NCBI GenBank assembly: GCA_964549975.1
Contig: CAZJWM010000001.1
Coordinates: 146-64,145 of the forward strand
Direction: 5' to 3'
Length of the DNA: 64,000 nucleotides
Origin: an uncultured Bacteroides sp.
GTDB taxonomy: Bacteria > Bacteroidota > Bacteroidia > Bacteroidales > Muribaculaceae
Shown here: in pieces, positions 10,964-18,487 of the stretch
Layout of the letters: every line of letters starts with the position of its first letter
How positions within the stretch are numbered: position 1 is the first letter of the stretch
Notes under the pieces: generated by a model
Database searches by the model: none
Seen by the model: the letters and a program-made list of their open reading frames with translations, nothing else
Told to the model about the DNA's origin: nothing
Position numbers and translations under genes: made by a program

Positions 10964-11800
10964 TTAGTCAATACTACAACGAGGGGCGAAGATGCTGGTG
11001 AGGGTTGATTGGGCGGCTTTTGAGAGGTAGGCGCCGGGATAGAATTCGCCGATGGGCTCGCCTTTGAGGAAGTCGAGGGCCCAAGTGGGCACGGTGACAG
11101 GCCCCACGCAGTTGAGTAGGATGAACGGCGCGCAGCCGTCTTTCAAGTCCGCCTCAAAAGAGTCGACGTATAAGTAGATGTCAGAGTCGGTGGCATTGAC
11201 AATGGCAAGATAGAGCGTTGACTCCGTTCTGCCGCGATGGATGAACACCACCTTCTCTTCGAAAATGGGCAGGGCCACTCGGCGGTTGTTGTCCTTGAGG
11301 CGCCAACGCTGATAGATGAATCCCTCTTCAAACAGCCGTTGTTGCATCAGCAGCAGCTCATTGTCGGTGAGGCGGATGGCGCGGAGCCGCGTGGAAGGGC
11401 GGCGGCTGCCGCCGTGGCGCACTATGTTGATGCGAATTCTGCGACATGGAGCGGCATCGGCGTTAAGTTCCGCTATTTCTGCTGTGAATTCATCGCCGTG
11501 GTCCATCAATTCGGCCAATTCCCTATTGTCGGTGCGCGGCACGTAGCCCAGAATGCAGCGGAAGTCAAACTCCTCCGGGGCATCCCTATTGTAGTCGTCG
11601 GCAAGGGCCACGGCAATGGCATCGCTGTCGTATGGATTATTCGGCTGACGCACCAGCGCCAGGGGTGTGCCCACCTCCAGCTCCGGCCAAATGTCGTCGA
11701 CGTCGTGGAAGGTCGTGCCGGCAATATAAGTTTGGCAATAAACCTCACTCACAGGGCCGTCATCGTCGTGTAGAATTCCGTTATCTGCTTTCGTTTTCAT
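10964..11800 (-). CDS. HIRAN-domain protein with an uncharacterised C-terminal half
   Basis: HIRAN-like core YIAGTTFHDV...LEVGTPLALVRQPNNPYDSDAIAV...ILGYVPRTDNRELAELMDHG. Start set to MKTKADNG (11800) because a TAACTTTG -7 box sits at 11821-11828, downstream of the ORF-track start at 11845. Confidence 0.75.
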   Translation of the reverse strand: MKTKADNGILHDDDGPVSEVYCQTYIAGTTFHDVDDIWPELEVGTPLALVRQPNNPYDSDAIAVALADDYNRDAPEEFDFRCILGYVPRTDNRELAELMDHGDEFTAEIAELNADAAPCRRIRINIVRHGGSRRPSTRLRAIRLTDNELLLMQQRLFEEGFIYQRWRLKDNNRRVALPIFEEKVVFIHRGRTESTLYLAIVNATDSDIYLYVDSFEADLKDGCAPFILLNCVGPVTVPTWALDFLKGEPIGEFYPGAYLSKAAQSTLTSIFAPRCSID

Positions 11801-11820
11801 AGAAGTTGCTATTTCACCTG

Positions 11821-11828
11821 CAAAGTTA
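11821..11828 (-). promoter_or_regulatory. Candidate -7 promoter element for the HIRAN gene
   Basis: Minus-strand TAACTTTG (in GTTAACTTTGCAGG) lies 20 nt upstream of the ATG at 11800. Confidence 0.5.
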
Positions 11829-11905
11829 ACAATTATTTTTTGCACCGCAACCGGTGGCCATCACAGAGAGAACGAAACATGATGGACACTCCGGCAGCGG
11901 CGCTG

Positions 11906-12117
11906 AGTGTGTCAGTCCGGAGGCCTGTTCGCTCTAAACCCGGGTCGCGGCCAGGGAAAGCATGCCTTCTATATGCAGGTCGGAGACTCGCAGCATCTGC
12001 GAATGACGCCCAAGACACTGCGGCTCCCCGAGCCGCAACTGTAACGCCCGCCTACACGGGCCGCGGCAGGAGCCGCGACCCGTGTTCAGACCGAACAGGT
12101 CTCCGACCTGACACACT
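11906..12117. repeat. 212-bp GC-rich palindromic element (45-bp imperfect inverted arms, 122-bp centre); MITE-like or structured RNA
   Basis: Arm 11906-11950 (AGTGTGTCAGTCCGGAGGCCTGTTCGCTCTAAACCCGGGTCGCGG) matches the reverse complement of 12073-12117 at 39 of 45 positions (hand alignment). A third partial copy, CAGGTCGGAGAC, lies at 11976-11987, and an inner mini-hairpin CGCAG-CAT-CTGCG at 11989-12001. Confidence 0.7.
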
Positions 12118-12146
12118 GCGCGCCTCCGCCGCGCTCCCCCCCCCGC

Positions 12147-13298
12147 GTTGTATCTTATAGAGGTTCTACATCAGACCACAACTCCGGGGCCTCGGCCGCG
12201 GCTTGGGCAGTGTTGTATCTTATAGAGGTTCTACATCAGACCACAACGTCAACGGAACGCCAGACCCACTGGACAGAGTTGTATCTTATAGAGGTTCTAC
12301 ATCAGACCACAACTGACGGACGATTTGATTTTGCAGAAGGTGAGTTGTATCTTATAGAGGTTCTACATCAGACCACAACCGGAAGACATACCCATCCAAG
12401 TACGTGAAGTTGTATCTTATAGAGGTTCTACATCAGACCACAACGTCGCTTTCTGCGATGTGGTCCGGGATAGGTTGTATCTTATAGAGGTTCTACATCA
12501 GACCACAACCATTTCTGAACACGAGCCCATCCAAGTACGGTTGTATCTTATAGAGGTTCTACATCAGACCACAACTATGGCTACACCCTCTCCGGCGCCC
12601 TAAAAGTTGTATCTTATAGAGGTTCTACATCAGACCACAACGCCCAGAACTGCAGAATTTCAGCACCCATGGGTTGTATCTTATAGAGGTTCTACATCAG
12701 ACCACAACTGTTTACTACAATAATTACCACAATGGATGTTGTATCTTATAGAGGTTCTACATCAGACCACAACGGTATATTATCCGACTTATCACCCATG
12801 ATAGTTGTATCTTATAGAGGTTCTACATCAGACCACAACGGTACAACTATCTGATAGAATGCGATCGCAGTTGTATCTTATAGAGGTTCTACATCAGACC
12901 ACAACCAAGGTTGATATCAAAAGCGAGTTCATCGCGTTGTATCTTATAGAGGTTCTACATCAGACCACAACTAAAGGACGCGGCTTCCCCAGTCGAAGGC
13001 GTTGTATCTTATAGAGGTTCTACATCAGACCACAACGGAGCCGTGGAGCATACCTCGCTGCTGACGGTTGTATCTTATAGAGGTTCTACATCAGACCACA
13101 ACTCTGATGCAGCGGCATCAGCAAGGAAGCGGTTGTATCTTATAGAGGTTCTACATCAGACCACAACGGTGAGGCAGAATACGCGGTGGCCGTCGCCGTT
13201 GTATCTTATAGAGGTTCTACATCAGACCACAACTATACTTAAAGGCTGCTTAACGCCTGCTGGTTGTATCTTATAGAGGTTCTACATCAGACCACAAC
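12147..13298 (-). CRISPR. CRISPR array, 18 repeats and 17 spacers, type II-C associated
   Basis: 18 identical 36-nt repeats (plus strand GTTGTATCTTATAGAGGTTCTACATCAGACCACAAC; crRNA sense GTTGTGGTCTGATGTAGAACCTCTATAAGATACAAC) separated by unique 29-31-nt spacers with a 65-67 nt period. Minus-strand transcription is inferred from tracrRNA complementarity and the leader promoter. Confidence 0.97.
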
Positions 13299-13411
13299 AT
13301 AAACGCTTCAAATTGCTATATATCTATTAGTTATGACGAGAAAAAGCGTCAAAAAATAGGGTGAAGTCATCTATGAAGTGGGGACGTAGAGCTGATTTCT
13401 CTGCAAAGTTA
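13299..13411 (-). promoter_or_regulatory. CRISPR leader with candidate promoter
   Basis: AT-rich 113-bp spacer between the cas2 stop and the first repeat. Minus-strand TAACTTTG (13404-13411) abuts the cas2 stop codon and would give a leader transcript of about 100 nt. Confidence 0.6.
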
Positions 13412-13750
13412 TTAAAAAAATTCGAGTTGTTGAGGGCCCGGGTCGATTTTTTTCTCAACGCGTCCGTTAAAATTGAGGATGTTGCTATACTGTTTGCCGG
13501 TGACGTGCAGTATGCTCACCTTTCCTTCGGGCGGCATAAGTCCCTGAACACGTTTTATGTGCACCTCCATATTTTCGTATGAGGGGCAATGGCGGATATA
13601 GACCGAGAATTGCATCATCACGAAACCATCTTTTTCGAGCGAGGTGCGAAATTTTGTGGCACGTTTGCGTTGCACCTTGGTCAACACTGGCAGGTCAAAA
13701 AATACGAAAATCCACATAACATGGTAAGCATTAATACGATAGTCGCTCAT
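13412..13750 (-). CDS. cas2: CRISPR-associated endoribonuclease Cas2
   Basis: 112 aa beginning MSDYRINAYHVMWIFVFFDLP, typical of type II Cas2. 4-nt overlap with cas1. Confidence 0.93.
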   Translation of the reverse strand: MSDYRINAYHVMWIFVFFDLPVLTKVQRKRATKFRTSLEKDGFVMMQFSVYIRHCPSYENMEVHIKRVQGLMPPEGKVSILHVTGKQYSNILNFNGRVEKKIDPGPQQLEFF

Positions 13751-14640
13751 TTGGTAGGCATAATCGGTAAGTCGAGTTGTTTTTGTTGTTTGGCATAGCA
13801 GCGCGAAAGCGATGCGCAGGTGAAAGTGAGGCCGATGTCGAGCGGTCGGGTGAGTTTGCCGTAGCGAGTGTCAGCGTAGACCACACGAATCAGTTCCGCT
13901 TTCGACTCTTTGGTCAACGAGCAGGTGCCGGCCAGCACCTGCGCATACACTATTTCATCGACAAAGGGGCGGAACGGCTCCATCACGTCGTCGGCCAGGG
14001 GAAAAGCATTGTAGCGATTGCGGTGAAAGATGCCTAACGTGGGCAACAGTCCTGCGCCCATCAGAGCTCGTGCCACCGCCGCACGAAGTATGGCGTAACC
14101 ATAGTTGAGCAACGCGTTGATTTCCGTGCCATCCTGATCGCGGATGAAATCGCGGCCAAAAAGCGCGCGCCAATATAGGCGCGCGGCCAAGCCCTCTCGG
14201 TTGTCGGAGTCGCCGGATTTCACGTTCATATAAAACGGACGGAGCAAGTCGCCATCCTTGCCAAACTTGCTGAGCAGCAGGCTCTGATTTTTGATTTTGG
14301 CAGCGATGATTTGTTGCCAAAGATTCTTCTTCAGCGGCAAACCTGCGGCTATTTGGTCACGGAAGTTTTCCGACTGCGTGGAGTGGCTGTCGAGATTCAG
14401 CAGCATAGACGACGGCAGGTGATCACGGTCGCAAAACACCACGGCAACATTGTTGTCGCTCAGCGCATTGAGGGCAGGCATCGACACCACCGACTGCTGA
14501 TGTTCGAGCACAACGTAACCGATATCCTCGATGGGAACCTGCCGAGGCTCGGCATCCCCATCGAGGTATGTGATAATCAGTTGCGAATTCCTCAGCGACA
14601 GTTTCACCGCCGAGGAGATGAGGAGAGAACGCGATATCAT
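13747..14640 (-). CDS. cas1: CRISPR-associated endonuclease Cas1 (type II)
   Basis: 297 aa with LLNYGYAILRAAVARAL...GIFHRNRYNAFPLADDVMEPFRPFVDE (Cas1 catalytic region). 4-nt overlap with cas9. Confidence 0.95.
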   Translation of the reverse strand: MISRSLLISSAVKLSLRNSQLIITYLDGDAEPRQVPIEDIGYVVLEHQQSVVSMPALNALSDNNVAVVFCDRDHLPSSMLLNLDSHSTQSENFRDQIAAGLPLKKNLWQQIIAAKIKNQSLLLSKFGKDGDLLRPFYMNVKSGDSDNREGLAARLYWRALFGRDFIRDQDGTEINALLNYGYAILRAAVARALMGAGLLPTLGIFHRNRYNAFPLADDVMEPFRPFVDEIVYAQVLAGTCSLTKESKAELIRVVYADTRYGKLTRPLDIGLTFTCASLSRCYAKQQKQLDLPIMPTK

Positions 14641-17600
14641 ATATTCATTCTGAAAAATTTGATTTCACCTGAATCGGAGATTTCGAAGTCCTGTCCTTCG
14701 ACAAGGCCCTTGAATTGTGTATGCAACACAGAGATGCTCGGACGAATTTCCTCACCTACCGACCATACACCATTCTTACTCTTGTATTCGCCGGCAGGTC
14801 GCGCTTCTTGATGATAGCGCAACACCACACAACCATATCCAGGAGGAGTTGGATTTAAGGACAATCCTGTCACCTTATAGAGTCGTTTAACCAACTCTTC
14901 CTTTGTTGCGTTATAGACCTCCTCTGGCGATTTCTCGTAGAGCAGCACCATCATGCCAACTTTCAGAATCCACTTCAGCGGATATTCATTGTCGTCGGAG
15001 AGCGGCACCAAGCGGTCGTCGGTGCGGGAACGCACGGCCGTGAGGTTGTTGATGAGTTTGTAGGAACGCTTAACCTTGCCTTTGTCGTTGCAGCCTTCGT
15101 AGATGGCCAGACAGTAGTTGCCATCGTTGGCCACGTGGTAGTCGCGTTTGTACTCCTTGCGCGAGAGGTCGCGTTGCGGCTTCAAGTGAATCGGTTTGGT
15201 GATGTTGTTGGCATAGAGGCGCACCTTTTTGATGGGGATGCGCTTGGCCTCGTTCATCCAAATCGGCTCGGCAATGGCCATGGCAAAACCTTTTGCAGCA
15301 ATCTGCTCCTCGACCTTGGCGCGCACGGCATCGTCAACGATGTTTTTGACATCTTTCTGCTCGAGAGCGTCAACTTGCTTGCGGATCACGTAGCGAATCT
15401 CGCCGTCGCGCTCTATGGCTCCGTAGAATGTTTGCAGATGGAGCTGAGCGCGAGCGGTGTCACCCTGCTGATAGATGGGGCGGCCGTCGGCGGTCTTTTG
15501 GATTTTGCCACGCACACGCAGTGCCTTTTTCGATTGCTTCAACGTGTTGTCCGGCGTGTGGTGCACAACGAGAAGTTCATCCACCACGCCCTTGACGTCT
15601 TGCGTGAAGGTTTCCCACGGCTTGGGAAACGACGGCTTCTCGGCGCAATCCCACGCGGCCAATTCGCGGCGTTCGCAATATTGCGCCCATGCGTCGTATT
15701 GCGCCTTGCCGATGCAAGCGATGACAATGGCGTCGATGCAGTGGTGGCAATGGTTCACGCGCTCCTTGGAGGTGTATTCCTCTTGCAGCCCCCACATCTT
15801 GCGGAAGTCTGACGTGGTGGCGCCCTTCACCGTGTAGATTAGATTGCGATCCTGAGCATGGAAAACCGAGGCCAGATACATTCTGGCATAGCGGCCTATG
15901 ATGCCGATGTCCACGCCCTGACGATTGCTGAAACCTTGCGGCACTTCGGTCATGACAAAGCGCTCATATTTTCCGCGCCAATATTTCAGCTGAAGTTCGA
16001 GATAGTGGCGGCGCTGGATGTTCTGGTCCTTCTGCTCTTTGGTGGCAAAATAGCGGCCTTTGGTTCGGTTGATTTGATTTCGGAGGTCGTCGATTTTTTC
16101 TCGCCAACCAAGTTCCTCCACCTGAGCCAAAATGCGGGCATGGTCGGCCAACTCCGAGGGGAGTTTGGCGCGCTTCACCGAGCGATTATAGCGGCAGTCA
16201 CACAGCGTCTTGTTCATCATCGAGTCGTCGCCACCACGCGAGCGGGGCACGGTGTGCTCGATGTCATATTTCGGGTTGTCGCCCAAAAATTCGCTGATGT
16301 CAATCTGCTGATTGGTGTAGAGACACAGGTGCTGCTGCTCCTCCCAAAGCTGATATTTGAGGATGTCGGTGTCGGAGGGGATGATTTCGCGACCGGTCTT
16401 GTCGCGATACTCCTTAATCAAACGTTCGCGATACTTCTTGCGCGTGGCCTCATTTTCGCGCTGATAGCGTTGAATGGCCTTACGCATATTGGCATCATTG
16501 AGTTCGCGGGAGAACTCAATATTGATTTTGGTGGTGCGATCAATTTTCCGCTCAAGCAACAGAGTGTTGATGAGATGGCGCAATTGAAACAGGGCGCGCA
16601 TTGCCATGGGGTTGCGTATGGCTGAAACGCGCGGCGAGCCGAGCAGCACCTCGCCGCGGCTATTGGGCTGCGCAGCCGGATAAACCTGAAGTTGCGACGG
16701 ATGGTAGAGCTTGTGCAAGTCGCTGCACTCCACTCCGGGGATGCTCAGCAAGAAGTCGTTGATCAACTCAACTTTGGTGTAGGTTTTCTGCTGTTGGTCA
16801 GCCTCATAGTCGTTAATCAGAGTTATCACCTGCTGCTTGATTTTGGTCAAAAGTTCGGCATCCTCCTTCACGTCGATGGGGAGCACGGCCTCAATGTTGG
16901 CCAGGAAAACGGCAGTGTCATATCTGAAACCTTGGCGCAGATAGGGCAACATCTTGTTGATGGCATTTAGGCTCAGCGAAGCGTAGCCCTGATGGATAGG
17001 GCATTTCACAAACGCATCGGCCTGTTCCGGCGTGAGCGAAAGGTTGGCCATAGCCCAGTGATGCAGACGCTCATCGTCGTCGAAGGAGAAGAGCGCGTGC
17101 CAAACGTCGTTGATAACTTCGCCGCGAGTCTTATTGCCCGCCTTCTTATATCTTGCGCGCAATTCGTTGCGCCAATCATCGCCGAAAATATCCGCGAGAT
17201 AGGCCGTCACAGGGCAATTGCTCACCGATGTCGACATTGCAAAGTTGAACTTATAGAGGGCGTTGGGCTTCTCCTCCATATAGCCATAATAGATAGGCTT
17301 GCCGGCCAATTTCTTTGCAATATCTTCAAACTCAAACGAGAGCTTCGACTTGCGCAGGAACAGCGGATAAATCTGCTCGCGCTCCTCAGGGGTGAGCTGA
17401 CGATAGTCGCCGCCATCGAAAATCGAGGTGGTTTTCACCTTAATATTATTGACAAACGACAACATTCTGAACTCCTCATAGGCCGGATGAGAAATGGGGC
17501 AACGGCTTTTGGTGGGTTCAAACGTGCATTTGCCCACGGCACCCTTCTGCGACTTGAGCGGCCTCTGATAGAAAATGGCGCGCGCCAACTGTTTGCGCAA

Positions 17601-18299
17601 ATCGTCGGGGAGGTTTTGACGCTCGCAGATTGCATCAAACTCGGCGCGGATGTGCTGATTGCGGGCCGTGTATAGGCCGCGAATTTTTTCATGCGACTTG
17701 TGGCACATATAAAAATACTCGCCAAGATATTTGCATCCGGCCTGCTCCATCTTCTCCGACAAATCGCCTATGGCCTGTTTCACCGTGCCGTCAAGTTCCT
17801 TGGTCGACTCCTTGCGGTTGCTCAAAAATCCGCGACGCTGACACAAATGATAGAGCGCGCGACCAAGGATATAGCGCTGCGATCTCTCCGACAAGTCCAG
17901 CTGCCGTGTCAGGGCTACGTAGCGATCGTGATAGGGATTCTTATCAGCGTCCTCGTTGGTGCGTTGCCACTCGATGAACTCCGGGTCGAGCGGATAGGTT
18001 CGCTGAGTTTTCCACGCCTTCAATTGTTCGGCCGTCAGGGTTGGGCAAAAGCCACCGGCAGTGAGCACCTTGAGCAGCTCGATTTTACGCAATTTGCGGC
18101 GAAAATAGTGGCGGCGTGTAGCTCGCGCCAGGGTTCGCGTTTGTACCATGGGCTTTTCGTTGCCCTTTTCTTCGGCGACTCCTTTCTGGAAAATCACCAC
18201 ACCCTTGTCGAGGAGGCTGCAACTTGCATCTTCCTTCTCTACTATGGCCCAACCAATTGAGTTGGTACCTAAATCAATGCCGAGAACTTTTTCTGTCAT
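14637..18299 (-). CDS. cas9: Cas9, type II-C
   Basis: 1220 aa. RuvC-I GIDLGTNSIGWAIV, Arg-rich bridge helix ATRRHYFRRKLRKIELL, RuvC-II INIEFSRE, HNH DIEHTVPRSRGGDDSMMNKTL...YNRSVKRAKLP, RuvC-III HHCIDAIVIA. No csn2 or cas4 in the locus. Confidence 0.97.
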   Translation of the reverse strand: MTEKVLGIDLGTNSIGWAIVEKEDASCSLLDKGVVIFQKGVAEEKGNEKPMVQTRTLARATRRHYFRRKLRKIELLKVLTAGGFCPTLTAEQLKAWKTQRTYPLDPEFIEWQRTNEDADKNPYHDRYVALTRQLDLSERSQRYILGRALYHLCQRRGFLSNRKESTKELDGTVKQAIGDLSEKMEQAGCKYLGEYFYMCHKSHEKIRGLYTARNQHIRAEFDAICERQNLPDDLRKQLARAIFYQRPLKSQKGAVGKCTFEPTKSRCPISHPAYEEFRMLSFVNNIKVKTTSIFDGGDYRQLTPEEREQIYPLFLRKSKLSFEFEDIAKKLAGKPIYYGYMEEKPNALYKFNFAMSTSVSNCPVTAYLADIFGDDWRNELRARYKKAGNKTRGEVINDVWHALFSFDDDERLHHWAMANLSLTPEQADAFVKCPIHQGYASLSLNAINKMLPYLRQGFRYDTAVFLANIEAVLPIDVKEDAELLTKIKQQVITLINDYEADQQQKTYTKVELINDFLLSIPGVECSDLHKLYHPSQLQVYPAAQPNSRGEVLLGSPRVSAIRNPMAMRALFQLRHLINTLLLERKIDRTTKINIEFSRELNDANMRKAIQRYQRENEATRKKYRERLIKEYRDKTGREIIPSDTDILKYQLWEEQQHLCLYTNQQIDISEFLGDNPKYDIEHTVPRSRGGDDSMMNKTLCDCRYNRSVKRAKLPSELADHARILAQVEELGWREKIDDLRNQINRTKGRYFATKEQKDQNIQRRHYLELQLKYWRGKYERFVMTEVPQGFSNRQGVDIGIIGRYARMYLASVFHAQDRNLIYTVKGATTSDFRKMWGLQEEYTSKERVNHCHHCIDAIVIACIGKAQYDAWAQYCERRELAAWDCAEKPSFPKPWETFTQDVKGVVDELLVVHHTPDNTLKQSKKALRVRGKIQKTADGRPIYQQGDTARAQLHLQTFYGAIERDGEIRYVIRKQVDALEQKDVKNIVDDAVRAKVEEQIAAKGFAMAIAEPIWMNEAKRIPIKKVRLYANNITKPIHLKPQRDLSRKEYKRDYHVANDGNYCLAIYEGCNDKGKVKRSYKLINNLTAVRSRTDDRLVPLSDDNEYPLKWILKVGMMVLLYEKSPEEVYNATKEELVKRLYKVTGLSLNPTPPGYGCVVLRYHQEARPAGEYKSKNGVWSVGEEIRPSISVLHTQFKGLVEGQDFEISDSGEIKFFRMNI

Positions 18300-18373
18300 G
18301 GCAATAAACTAAATGAATGAATTGTAAAAAATTTCCGTAAAATTAGAAAATTATTTGGAGAATTCCTAATAAT

Positions 18374-18464
18374 GTTGTAATTTTGTGCATCTACATCTCA
18401 CCACAATAAGGCTATATGCCGAAGGTTTAAATGCCTTGTCCCCGCGTACTCCGTGGGGACTTTT
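18374..18464 (+). ncRNA. Predicted tracrRNA (core transcript probably about 18390-18464)
   Basis: Anti-repeat TCTACATCTCACCACAAT (18390-18407) pairs with the crRNA repeat 5' end GUUGUGGUCUGAUGUAGA as 8 bp, a 2x2 internal loop, then 8 bp. It is followed by a nexus-like AAGGCTATATGCC, hairpin AAGG-N8-CCTT, and terminator GTCCCCGCG-TACTC-CGTGGGGAC plus TTTT. A -7 box TAATTTTG lies at 18378-18385. GTTGTA at 18374 could pair with the repeat 3' end if a longer form exists. Confidence 0.75.
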
Positions 18465-18487
18465 CATATAAAAATACCTGCAAAAGA

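Noticed and set aside
11840-12160. 106-aa plus-strand ORF (and the 61/60-aa minus ORFs) spanning the palindromic element
   Set aside because: Arg/Pro/Ala-rich translation of a GC-rich inverted repeat, with no promoter box or start context. The ORF runs into the first CRISPR repeat.
12210-13276. ORF-track entries inside the CRISPR array (12210-12407, 12805-13014, 13043-13276) encoding repeated LYLIEVLHQTTT peptides
   Set aside because: They are translations of the 36-nt repeat read through spacers, not genes.
12147-13298. Neisseria/Campylobacter-style promoters embedded in every repeat (the repeat ends ...CTATAAGATACAAC in crRNA sense)
   Set aside because: The TATAAG/TACAAC strings resemble sigma-70 -10 boxes, but neither repeat orientation contains the Bacteroidota TAnnTTTG element, whereas the leader does. 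This remains testable by dRNA-seq.
12147-13298. Self-targeting spacers against this window
   Set aside because: I noticed no spacer match elsewhere in the 64 kb by eye, but this was not an exhaustive comparison. A BLASTN of all 17 spacers against the full genome is needed.
18337-18345. cas9 promoter at minus-strand TAATTTTA
   Set aside because: It is one mismatch from TAnnTTTG (final G to A). Plausible, but not reported as a feature without transcript data.
18431-18487. Longer start (MPCPRVLRGDFSYKNTCKR...) for the NDT-like ORF
   Set aside because: These codons are the translation of the tracrRNA terminator hairpin. The family-typical N-terminus begins at MIGKYRVITLCGS.
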